Source: Kineococcus radiotolerans SRS30216 = ATCC BAA-149
Lineage (GTDB): Bacteria > Actinomycetota > Actinomycetes > Actinomycetales > Kineococcaceae
Length of the DNA: 32,000 bases
NCBI RefSeq assembly: GCF_000017305.1
Contig: NC_009664.2
Span: forward strand, 3,420,001-3,452,000
Reading direction: 5' to 3'
Positions 1 to 7,548 of this stretch are shown here, one piece after another (position 1 is the first letter of the stretch; every line of letters begins with the position of its first letter). The notes beneath the pieces are model-generated. The model saw only the letters and a list, made by a program, of their open reading frames with translations. It was not told the DNA's origin and ran no database searches. The translations under genes were made by a program, and so were the position numbers.

Positions 1-732
1 GGCCTGCGCGTCGACCACGTCCTCGGGCTCTTCCGGCTGTGGTGGATCCCGCAGGGCGCCCCGCCCTCGGAGGGCACCTACGTCCGCTACGACCACGAGG
101 CCCTCATCGGGATCCTCGCCCTGGAGGCCCAGCGCGCCGGCGCCGTCCTCGTCGGCGAGGACCTCGGCACCGTCGAGCCCTGGGTGCGCGACTACCTCGC
201 CGACCGCGGCATCCTCGGCAGCGCCGTCCTCTGGTTCGAGTACGACGGCAAGGAGCCGAAGGCCCCCGAGGACTTCCGCGAGCTCGCCCTGGCCAGCGTC
301 ACCGTCCACGACCTGCCCCCCACCGCGGGCTACCTCGCCCAGGAGCACGTCGCGCTGCGCGACCGGCTCGGCCTGCTGACCCGCCCGGTCGCGGAGGAGC
401 GGGCCGCCGACGCCGCCGAGCAGGAACGCATCCTCGGCCTCGTCCGCGACCGCGGGCTGCTGGCCCCCGGGGCCGACGAGCGGAGCACCGTCGAGGCCCT
501 GCACCGCTACCTCGCGCTGTCGCCCTCGCTCATGGTCGGGGTCTCCCTCGTCGACGCCGTGGGCGACCGCCGCACCCAGAACCAGCCGGGCACGTCCTCG
601 GAGTACCCCAACTGGCGGATGCCGCTGACCGGACCCGACGGCGAGGTGGTCCTGCTCGACGACCTCCCCGGCCACGCCCGGGCGCGGTCGCTGGCCCGGA
701 CCGTCCAGGAGGCGCTCGCCGAGCGCGACTGA
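1..732 (+). CDS. malQ: 4-alpha-glucanotransferase (amylomaltase, GH77), C-terminal part; 5' end lies upstream of the window
   Basis: Frame 1 is open from nt 1 (GLRVDHVLGLFRLWWIPQG...GEDLGTVEPWVRDYL) and runs into track ORF 184..732. The motifs RVDHxxGLFRLWWIP, GEDLGTV, HDLP and NQPGTxxEYPNWR are GH77 signatures as I recall them. Stop TGA at 730-732. Confidence 0.85.
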   Translation, partial: GLRVDHVLGLFRLWWIPQGAPPSEGTYVRYDHEALIGILALEAQRAGAVLVGEDLGTVEPWVRDYLADRGILGSAVLWFEYDGKEPKAPEDFRELALASVTVHDLPPTAGYLAQEHVALRDRLGLLTRPVAEERAADAAEQERILGLVRDRGLLAPGADERSTVEALHRYLALSPSLMVGVSLVDAVGDRRTQNQPGTSSEYPNWRMPLTGPDGEVVLLDDLPGHARARSLARTVQEALAERD

Positions 733-739
733 CGCGGCC

Positions 740-767
740 GGGACGGTTCCCCCCCGGGCACCGTCCC
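740..767 (+). terminator. Stem-loop 8 nt after the malQ stop (gggacggt / accgtccc, C7-containing loop); possible intrinsic terminator or first hairpin of a C-rich-loop RNA
   Basis: Perfect 8-bp inverted repeat at 740-747 and 760-767 with loop tcccccccgggc. No U-tail, which is common in high-G+C actinobacteria. Confidence 0.4.
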
Positions 768-855
768 GACCGGTTCCGCCCGGGCCGGGACCCGCTTCCC
801 CCCGGAACGGGCCCCGGCGCTCCCCCCTCGGGCAGGACCACCGTGGCAGGTGCGC

Positions 856-876
856 CTTGCGGCGGGCTTGCGAGAC
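856..876 (+). promoter_or_regulatory. Copy A of a shared 21-nt element cttgcggcgggcttgcgagac (CTTGCG direct repeats 11 bp apart), upstream of the SARP regulator gene
   Basis: Exact 21/21 identity with 4453-4473, same orientation. It lies 52-72 nt upstream of the proposed SARP start at 928. Confidence 0.45.
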
Positions 877-915
877 CCTCTCCGCGGACCCGCCCCGCGC
901 GGGCGGCCGGGTCGC

Positions 916-921
916 TACGGT
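916..921 (+). promoter_or_regulatory. -10-like hexamer TACGGT placed 6 nt before GTG 928 (leaderless-type layout)
   Basis: TANNNT hexamer, 6-nt spacer gtgccc, then in-frame GTG. The same geometry occurs at three other genes in the window. Confidence 0.35.
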
Positions 922-927
922 GTGCCC

Positions 928-3900
928 GTGCGCTCCGGGGTCGCGGTGCGGGTGCTCGGCGCCCTCGAGGTCGGTTCATCCACGCAGGCGTCCGTGCTGC
1001 CGCCCACGCTGCGCACCGTGCTGGCCGCGCTCGTGGTCGACGCCGGGCACGTCGTGCCCGCCTCCGTGCTCGCCGAGCGGGTCTGGGACGAGGCGGGGAT
1101 CCGGCCGGCCACCTCCACGCTGCACAGCTCCGTGTCCCGGCTGCGCCGGCTGCTCGAACCCGGCGCCGGCCCCTGGCAGGTGCTGGTCACCCGCGCCCCC
1201 GGCTACCGGCTCGCCCTGGCGCCGGAGGCCCTGGACGCCGCCCGCTTCGAGCAGCTGCTGCGCCGCGCGCTGGCCGCCGCGGACACCGACCCGGGCGGGG
1301 CGCGCGCCGACGTCGCCGACGCGCTGGCGCTGTGGCGCGGCCCGGCCTACGCCGACGTCGAGGCCGGCTTCGCCCGCCAGGAGGCCCGTCGCCTGGAGAA
1401 CCTCCGGCTGGAGGGCCTGGAGCTGGCCGCCCGCCTGGACCTCGTGCTCGGCCGGCACCGGGAGGTCGTCCCCGACCTCGAGGAGCTGGTGCTGGCCCAC
1501 CCGCTGCGCGAGGAGCTGCGCGCCGCGCTCGTGCTCGCGCTCTACCGGTGCGGGCGCCAGGCCGACGCCTTGCAGGCCTTCGAGGACGGCCGGCGGCTGC
1601 TCGCCGACGAGCTGGGCATCGACCCCGGCCCGCAGCTGCGCCGGCTGCACGAGGCGGTGCTGCGCCAGGACCCCGCGCTGGAGGCCCCCGTCGTCCCGGC
1701 GGCCGACCCCCCGTCCCCGCCGTCGTCGCCGTCGTCCCCGGGGGCCGGGGACGACGGCGACGTCCCGGCCCGCACCCCGGTGCGCACCTCCACGAGCGCG
1801 CTGCCGCTAGCCACCACCGAGCTGCTCGGGCGCGCGGAGGACCTGCAGCGGCTGCTGGAGCTGCTGGAGCAGGCGCGGCTGGTGACGCTCACCGGCACCG
1901 GGGGCGTGGGCAAGACCCGGCTGGCCGCCGCGGCCGCCGAAGCCGCCGCCGAGCGCTTCGAGGGCGGCACCGTCCTGGTGCCGCTGGCTACCCTCGACGA
2001 CGCCCGGGCCGTGCTGCCCGCCGTCGTGCGGGCGCTGGGGCTGCCCGACGAGGCGGGGGCGGGCGCGCTCGACGCCGTCGCCGCCCACGTCGCGGACTCG
2101 CGGACCCTGCTGGTGCTGGACAACCTCGAGCACCTGCTGGACGCCGCCGCGGACGTCGCGGCCCTGGTGCGCCGCTGCCCGCGGCTGGTCGTCCTGGTCA
2201 CCTCCCGCGCCCCGCTGCGCGTCAGCGGGGAGGTCGAGCACCGGGTCGAGCCGCTCGGCCTGCCCGCCACCGGCGAGGACGTCCTGGGCTCCCCGGCCGT
2301 GCAGCTGTTCGCCGAGCGGGCGCGGGCCGTCGCGCCCGGCTTCGCCGTCAGCGCGCGCAACGCCGCGGTCGTCGCCGACATCTGCCGCGCCCTCGGCGGG
2401 ATCCCGCTGGCCCTGGAGCTGGCGGCCCCCCGCATCCGCGTCCTGGACCCCGCCGAGCTGCTCCGCCGCCTCGACCACGCCCTGACCTCCGGGCCGCGCG
2501 ACCTGCCCGCCCGCCAGCGCACCATGCGCGCCACCCTGGACTGGAGCTACGGGCTGCTCGACGCCCCCACCCGGCGGCTGTACCGCCGGCTGTCCGTCTT
2601 CACCGGGGGCTGGACCCTGCCGGTGCTGGAGGACGTCGAGGGCCCCGGCGTGCTGGAGCAGCTCGAGGCGCTGGTGGAGATGTCGCTGGTCACGGTGACC
2701 TTCTCCCGGGGCCGGCCGCGCTACGCGATGCTCGTGCCCACGCAGCAGCACGCCCGTCGCCTGCTCGAGGAGGACGAGCTCGCGGAGGTCTCCCGCGCGC
2801 ACGCCGAGGCCCACCTGCGGCTGGCCGAGCGGGCCGCCCCGCACTACCGCGGCGAGGGGCAGGTCGAGTGGCTGGAGCGCGTCGAGCTGGAGCACGCCAA
2901 CCTGCTCGCGGCCTTCGAGTGGGCGATGGGCGCCGGGGAGCACGCCACCGCCGCCCGCCTGACCTGGGCGACCTGGTTGTTCTGGTGGTTGCGCGGGCAC
3001 GTGCTCGTCGGCCGCCGCTGCGCGCGCGCCGCCGTGGACGCCACCGCCGACAGCCCGCTGGAGGGCCCCGCCGCGCTGGTCCCGGTGCGGGCGCGGATCG
3101 CGCTGGCCGCGATGGCCTTCGCCCAGGGCGACTTCGCCGCGGCCGACGAGGGGTGGGCCCGGGCCTGCGCCGACGCCGAGCGCGCCGTCGGCGTCGACCC
3201 CGTCGAGCGCGACGAGGCGCGGGCGAACTGCACCGCCGGGGCGGGCATCTGCGCCCAGGTGACCGGGGACCTCGCGGCCGCCGCCGACGCCCACCGGCGG
3301 GCGATCGCGCTGGCCCGGACCCTGCCCGAGGACACCTACGGGCCGTGGATCGTGCGGCTGAACCTGGTGTGGCTGGGCACGGTGCACTGGCGCGCCGGGG
3401 AGGCCGGCCCGGCCCGTCGCCAGGCCGAGGAGGGGCTGGCGCTGGCCCGCCGCGACGGCGACCGGCTGGCCACCTTCCTCGCCCTCTACAACCTCGCGCA
3501 GGCCGAGGCCGCCCCCGCCCCCGCCCGGGCGCTGCGCCACCTGCAGGAGGGCATCGAGCTGTCCGAGCAGATGGGCGACCTGGCCAACCTGGCCTACTTC
3601 CTGGAGGCGCTGGTGGTGCTGCGCGCCGCCGGCGGGCGGGCGGGCGACGACGGGGACCACGGGGACCACGGGAACGAGGCGGACGACGCGGCGGCGCTGG
3701 TGCGCCTGCTGGGGGCGGCGAGCGCGGCGCGCGAGACCGTCGGCTTCGAGGTCCACAACTACTACCTCCGCGACAGCGTGGGCCGCGCCGAGGCCGAGGC
3801 CCGCCTGCGCGCGCAGCTGGGGGAGCAGCGCTACGCGCGGGAGCTGGCCGCCGGGCGGCGGGCGCCGGTGGCCGAGTCCGTGCGCACCGCCGTCCGCGTG

Positions 3901-3945
3901 CGGCCGGTCACGGTTCCCCCGACCGCGCCCAGTCCCGCCAGCTGA
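928..3945 (+). CDS. Large SARP/AfsR-family transcriptional regulator (OmpR-type winged helix + BTAD + NB-ARC P-loop ATPase + TPR region)
   Basis: Track ORF 850..3945. N-terminus VRVLGALEV...LRTVLAALVV...YRL is a winged-helix DNA-binding domain. The BTAD-like segment runs ALALWRGPAYADV...LRRLHEAVLRQD. Walker A is LTGTGGVGKTRLA and Walker B is LLVLDNLEH. The C-terminus is helical-repeat (TPR-like). The start is uncertain (in-frame GTGs at 850, 922, 928, 946); 928 was chosen from the -10 spacing. Confidence 0.85.
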   Translation: MRSGVAVRVLGALEVGSSTQASVLPPTLRTVLAALVVDAGHVVPASVLAERVWDEAGIRPATSTLHSSVSRLRRLLEPGAGPWQVLVTRAPGYRLALAPEALDAARFEQLLRRALAAADTDPGGARADVADALALWRGPAYADVEAGFARQEARRLENLRLEGLELAARLDLVLGRHREVVPDLEELVLAHPLREELRAALVLALYRCGRQADALQAFEDGRRLLADELGIDPGPQLRRLHEAVLRQDPALEAPVVPAADPPSPPSSPSSPGAGDDGDVPARTPVRTSTSALPLATTELLGRAEDLQRLLELLEQARLVTLTGTGGVGKTRLAAAAAEAAAERFEGGTVLVPLATLDDARAVLPAVVRALGLPDEAGAGALDAVAAHVADSRTLLVLDNLEHLLDAAADVAALVRRCPRLVVLVTSRAPLRVSGEVEHRVEPLGLPATGEDVLGSPAVQLFAERARAVAPGFAVSARNAAVVADICRALGGIPLALELAAPRIRVLDPAELLRRLDHALTSGPRDLPARQRTMRATLDWSYGLLDAPTRRLYRRLSVFTGGWTLPVLEDVEGPGVLEQLEALVEMSLVTVTFSRGRPRYAMLVPTQQHARRLLEEDELAEVSRAHAEAHLRLAERAAPHYRGEGQVEWLERVELEHANLLAAFEWAMGAGEHATAARLTWATWLFWWLRGHVLVGRRCARAAVDATADSPLEGPAALVPVRARIALAAMAFAQGDFAAADEGWARACADAERAVGVDPVERDEARANCTAGAGICAQVTGDLAAAADAHRRAIALARTLPEDTYGPWIVRLNLVWLGTVHWRAGEAGPARRQAEEGLALARRDGDRLATFLALYNLAQAEAAPAPARALRHLQEGIELSEQMGDLANLAYFLEALVVLRAAGGRAGDDGDHGDHGNEADDAAALVRLLGAASAARETVGFEVHNYYLRDSVGRAEAEARLRAQLGEQRYARELAAGRRAPVAESVRTAVRVRPVTVPPTAPSPAS

Positions 3946-4429
3946 TGTCCAGGCCCACGAAGCGCGGCCGGGTGAACGGCCAGCACCGGCGCACCCAGGT
4001 CACCACGGCCGCGGTCAGCAGGTGCTCCACCTCCCCGCCGCGCAGGGCGTCGACCACCCACCAGGTGACGTCCACGTCCGCGTCGCGGGTGCCGCCGCGG
4101 GGCGGGTCCAGGTACACGCAGCCCAGCAGCTCGCTCTCCACCTCGTCGAGGAGGGCGTAGGAGAAGGACAGGCCCTCGGCCATCTCCCGCTCCTGGCGCT
4201 GCAGGTCGCAGAGGTCGTCGGCCGCGGCCAGCTCCGCCGGCGGCCAGCCCCACGCCTCGCCGAAGCAGGACCACAGGTGCTCGCGCGCCCCCCGCACGGC
4301 GGGCAGGTCCAGGTCGAGGTCCAGGGCGCGCAACGGGCGCAGGTGGTGCCCGGAGGGCAGCTCGAGGCGGGTGGGGTGCCGGAACCAGGACGGCAGCCAG
4401 GGGTCAGCACGGGTCGCGGGGTCGGCCAT
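3908..4429 (-). CDS. Putative GNAT-family N-acetyltransferase (173 aa)
   Basis: This is the C-terminal part of track ORF 3908..4882, starting at ATG 4429 (MADPATRADPWLP...). GGAGG lies just upstream of the ATG. The segment FSYALLD..ELLGCVYLDP...VTWWV...WPF resembles small GNAT acetyltransferases as I recall them. The family call is by pattern only. Confidence 0.55.
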   Translation of the reverse strand: MADPATRADPWLPSWFRHPTRLELPSGHHLRPLRALDLDLDLPAVRGAREHLWSCFGEAWGWPPAELAAADDLCDLQRQEREMAEGLSFSYALLDEVESELLGCVYLDPPRGGTRDADVDVTWWVVDALRGGEVEHLLTAAVVTWVRRCWPFTRPRFVGLDISWRDWARSGEP

Positions 4430-4452
4430 GCCCTCCACGGTCGCGCGGCGCG

Positions 4453-4473
4453 CTTGCGGCGGGCTTGCGAGAC
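4453..4473 (+). promoter_or_regulatory. Copy B of the shared 21-nt element, in the 127-bp divergent GNAT / whiB7-like intergenic region
   Basis: Identical to 856-876. It lies 24 nt from the GNAT start codon (opposite strand) and 84 nt upstream of the whiB7-like GTG. Confidence 0.45.
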
Positions 4474-4504
4474 GCTGCCGGGTGCGGCCCGCGGGGAGGG
4501 GGTC

Positions 4505-4531
4505 GGCGCGGGCCGGGCGCGGGCCGGGCGC
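4505..4531 (+). repeat. 11-nt tandem repeat ggcgcgggccg x ~2.5 in the whiB7-like leader
   Basis: Direct reading: the unit repeats at 4505-4515 and 4516-4526, with a partial third copy to 4531. Confidence 0.6.
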
Positions 4532-4556
4532 AAGGCCGGCGGACCACGCTGGAGCC

Positions 4557-4814
4557 GTGTTCGACCCCGAGACCCTTGAGAACCTCCCCTGCACCCGGGT
4601 GCCCCCGGAGCTCTTCTTCGTCGAGCGTCCCGACCAGGTCGCCGTGGCCAAGGCGCTGTGCGTGGGGTGCCCCGTGCGCACCGCCTGCCTGGCGGGCGCC
4701 CTGGAGCGCCGCGAGCCCGTCGGGATCTGGGGCGGTGAGCTCTTCGTCGACGGCGTGGCCGTCGCCGCCAAGCGCGGCCCCGGCCGCCCGCGCAAGGTGC
4801 CCGTCGCCGTCTGA
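4557..4814 (+). CDS. whiB7: WhiB7-like Fe-S transcription factor with C-terminal AT-hook (85 aa)
   Basis: The four Cys are spaced as in WhiB proteins (LPC...CVGCPVRTAC), followed by the G(I/V)WGGE turn (EPVGIWGGELF) and a C-terminal AT-hook KRGPGRPRK. The protein aligns by eye along its whole length with mycobacterial WhiB7 as I remember it. The start is uncertain: GTG 4557 has GGAG only 2 nt upstream, and an in-frame ATG at 4428 would add an Arg-rich extension. Confidence 0.85.
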   Translation: MFDPETLENLPCTRVPPELFFVERPDQVAVAKALCVGCPVRTACLAGALERREPVGIWGGELFVDGVAVAAKRGPGRPRKVPVAV

Positions 4815-4847
4815 GCGGCGGGGACCCCGCGCGGGCGGGGAGGACGG

Positions 4848-7403
4848 CTAGGAGGCGTCGCGCTCCTGCGCGCGCAGCGCACGGGCCACCCCGTCGCGGT
4901 TCTCCAGCACGAGGCGTCGCAGGGCCGGCGGGGCGTCGGTCTCCTCGGCCAGCCACCGGTCGGTGCGCTCCAGCAGGGCGGCGTCGGCGAGGTCCAGCGG
5001 GTACAGCCCCGTCACGATCTGCTGGGCCATCTCGTTGGTCCGCTCGGCCCACACCCCGCGCAGCGCCGCGAAGTACGGCTCCACGAAGGGCCGCAGCAGG
5101 GCCTCGTCGTGCGCGCGGCCGAAGCCGGCGATGACGGAGGCCTGCACCGCGTTGGGCAGGTCGCCGCGCTCGACGACGTCGGCCCACGCCCGCTGCTTGG
5201 CCTGCGCCGTGGGGACGGCCGCCCGCGCGGCCGCGGCCGAGCGCTGCCCGGTGGCGGTGGCGTCGCGGGCCAGCTCGGCCTCGACGGCCTCCGCCCCGAG
5301 CGCGCCCCCGGCCACGAGGGCGGTCAGCAGCGCCCAGCGCATGTCGGCGTCGACCTCGAGCCCCTCGATGGCCCGGGTGCCGTCGTAGAGCCCCCCGACG
5401 ACGGCGAGGTGCTCCTCGCTGCGGGCGAAGGAGGCGAAGGCGCGGGCGAACTGCAGCTGGGTGTCGCTGCCGGGGGCCGCGGCCCGCAGCAGCTCCAGCA
5501 GCGTCGTGGCCGTGCGGGTGCGGACCTCCTCGCGCCGGGCCGGGTCGGTGTAGAGCTCCACCGTCGTCGTCAGCTGCCGCAGCAGCACCAGGGCCACCGT
5601 GGAGTCCTCGGTGGCGGCGTTCCCGGGCAGCAGGGTGCTCAGCAGCAGGTCGACGTAGTCGCGAGCGGGGGACTCCCCGTCGCGGGTCATGTCCCACAGC
5701 GCCGCCGAGACCAGCGAGCGGGGCAGGGAGTCGCGGAACGCGTCCAGGTGCTGCAGCGCCGCGGTCAGCGAGCTCTCGTCGAGCCGGATCTTGGCGTAGG
5801 CGAGGTCGTCGTCGTTGACCAGCAGCAGGTCCGGGCGCTTGCGCCCCACCAGCTGCGGCAGGTCGGTGCTGGCGCCCGCGGCGTCCAGCTCGATCCGCTC
5901 GGTGCGCTCGAAGGTGCCCCCGACGAGGTCGTAGCAGCCCAGGGCGATGCGGTGCGAGCGCAGGTGCGGGTGCTCCGCGGGGGCCTCCTGCCGCAGCGAC
6001 GCCGCGGTGACGGTGCCGTCCGCGTCGGTGGTCAGCACCGGGCGCAGGGTCGCGACGCCGGCGGTCTCCAGCCACTCCCGGGACCAGGCGCTCAGGTCGC
6101 GGCCGGAGGTGGTCTCCAGCTCGCGCAGCAGGTCGACGAGCTCGGTGTTGCCGAAGGCGTGGCGGGCGAAGTAGGCCCGGACCCCGGAGAGGAACTCCTC
6201 GCGGCCCACGTAGGCGACGAGCTGCTTGAGGACGCTGGCGCCCTTGGCGTAGGTGATGCCGTCGAAGTTGACCTCGACGTCCTCGAGGTCGTTGATCTCG
6301 GCGACGATCGGGTGCGTCGTGGGGAGCTGGTCCTGGCGGTAGGCCCAGGACTTCTCCAGGGAGTTGAAGGTCGTCCACGACCCCACCCACTCGGTGGCCT
6401 CGGCCGCGGCGAGCGTGGAGGCGAACTCCGCGAAGGACTCGTTGAGCCACAGGTCGTTCCACCAGCGCATGGTCACCAGGTCGCCGAACCACATGTGCGC
6501 CAGCTCGTGCAGCACGGTGACGACGCGGCGCTCGACGGTGGCCCGGGGGACCTTGGAGCGGAAGACGTAGCTCTCCACGAAGGTCACCGCCCCGGCGTTC
6601 TCCATGGCCCCGGCGTTGAACTCCGGCACGAACACCTGGTCGTACTTGGCGAAGGGGTAGGGGCGGTCGAACTCGCGCTCGAAGAACTCGAAGCCCTGCT
6701 TGGTGGCCCGGACGACGTTGTCGGCGTCGAGGTGCTGCACGAGGGACTTGCGGCAGTAGATGCCCAGCGGGATCGTGCGGCCGTCGGCGGAGACGAGGGA
6801 GTCCTCCGACCCCTCGTAGGGCCCGGCGATGACCGCCGTCACGTAGGACGACAGCCGCGGGGTCTTCTCGAAGGTCCAGCGGGTGCCGGCCTCGACCGGG
6901 TGCTGCACGGCGACGGGGGCGTTGGAGACGACCCGCCAGTGCGCCGGGGCGGTGACGGTGAAGGTGAACTCGGCCTTGAGGTCCGGCTGCTCGAACACCG
7001 CGTAGACGCGGCGGGAGTCGGCGACCTCGAACTGGGAGTACAGGTAGACCTCGTCGTCGACGGGGTCGACGAAGCGGTGCAGCCCCTCGCCGGTGTTCAT
7101 GTAGCGGCAGTCGGCGACCACGAGCAGCTCGTTCTCGGCGGCCAGGCCGTCGAGGGCGATGCGCGCCTCGTCGGCGACGGCGGCCGGGTCGAGCGCGGTC
7201 CCGTTGAGGACCACCTCGTGCACCCGGGCGCTGATGAGGTCGATGAAGGTGGAGGCGCCGGGGGTGGCGGTGAAGCGCACCGTCGTCGTGGAGCGGAACG
7301 TCTCCGGCCCGGTCGTCAGGTCCAGGTCGACGTCGTAGTGCTCCACGGCCACGAGCGCCGCACGGGCCCGCGCCTCCTCGCGCGTCAGGTTCTCGCCGGG
7401 CAC
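4848..7403 (-). CDS. pepN: Aminopeptidase N (M1 family), 851 aa
   Basis: N-terminus VPGENLTREEARARAALV is typical of actinobacterial PepN. GAMEN is present (EFNAGAMENAG), as is the zinc motif HELAHMWFGDLV...WLNESFAEF. AAGGA lies 7 nt upstream of GTG 7403. The longer track ORF (to 7931) is an upstream artefact. Confidence 0.93.
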   Translation of the reverse strand: MPGENLTREEARARAALVAVEHYDVDLDLTTGPETFRSTTTVRFTATPGASTFIDLISARVHEVVLNGTALDPAAVADEARIALDGLAAENELLVVADCRYMNTGEGLHRFVDPVDDEVYLYSQFEVADSRRVYAVFEQPDLKAEFTFTVTAPAHWRVVSNAPVAVQHPVEAGTRWTFEKTPRLSSYVTAVIAGPYEGSEDSLVSADGRTIPLGIYCRKSLVQHLDADNVVRATKQGFEFFEREFDRPYPFAKYDQVFVPEFNAGAMENAGAVTFVESYVFRSKVPRATVERRVVTVLHELAHMWFGDLVTMRWWNDLWLNESFAEFASTLAAAEATEWVGSWTTFNSLEKSWAYRQDQLPTTHPIVAEINDLEDVEVNFDGITYAKGASVLKQLVAYVGREEFLSGVRAYFARHAFGNTELVDLLRELETTSGRDLSAWSREWLETAGVATLRPVLTTDADGTVTAASLRQEAPAEHPHLRSHRIALGCYDLVGGTFERTERIELDAAGASTDLPQLVGRKRPDLLLVNDDDLAYAKIRLDESSLTAALQHLDAFRDSLPRSLVSAALWDMTRDGESPARDYVDLLLSTLLPGNAATEDSTVALVLLRQLTTTVELYTDPARREEVRTRTATTLLELLRAAAPGSDTQLQFARAFASFARSEEHLAVVGGLYDGTRAIEGLEVDADMRWALLTALVAGGALGAEAVEAELARDATATGQRSAAAARAAVPTAQAKQRAWADVVERGDLPNAVQASVIAGFGRAHDEALLRPFVEPYFAALRGVWAERTNEMAQQIVTGLYPLDLADAALLERTDRWLAEETDAPPALRRLVLENRDGVARALRAQERDAS

Positions 7404-7548
7404 CGCCACGTCCTTTCGTCGGAGGGGTCGTCGGCGGTGGCCCGTCGGCGACCCGTGGCACTCTGCCACGCCGCGGGGACGCGGGGACGGGGCACCCTCG
7501 GCCGGTGCCCGCCGGGTGGGCGCCGGGGAGCGGGAGCAGGATGGGCCC

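Noticed and set aside
3652-3669. 9-nt tandem repeat ggggaccac x2 inside the SARP gene
   Set aside because: It lies inside the coding frame and simply encodes the acidic low-complexity stretch GDHGDHG in the TPR region. It is not a regulatory or mobile repeat.
39-4160. 1373-aa ORF on the plus strand spanning the malQ end, the SARP gene and beyond
   Set aside because: The translation is almost pure Arg/Pro/Gly/Ala and has no recognisable domain. It is out of frame with two well-supported genes. This is a typical stop-free alternative frame in >70% G+C DNA.
4428-4556. In-frame ATG at 4428 that would add 43 residues to the N-terminus of the WhiB7-like protein
   Set aside because: The extension (MPSTVARRACGGLARRCRVRPAGRGSARAGRG...) is an Arg/Gly-rich low-complexity stretch. 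It covers the divergent promoter region and the shared 21-nt element, and WhiB7 proteins have short N-termini. It is kept only as a caveat on the start call.
4825-4840. ccccgc-gcgg-gcgggg hairpin between the convergent whiB7-like and pepN genes, as a possible terminator
   Set aside because: The stem is only 6 bp in a 33-nt all-G+C gap and is indistinguishable from background self-complementarity in this genome.
7455-7469. GTGGCA-ctc-TGCCAC palindrome in the pepN/DsbA-like divergent region, resembling TGGCAG-gggg-CTGCCA at 8896..8911 in the DUF429/rpiB divergent region
   Set aside because: The shared TGGCA/TGCCA arms are only 5-6 bp and the spacers differ, so a common regulator cannot be argued from two short G+C-rich palindromes.
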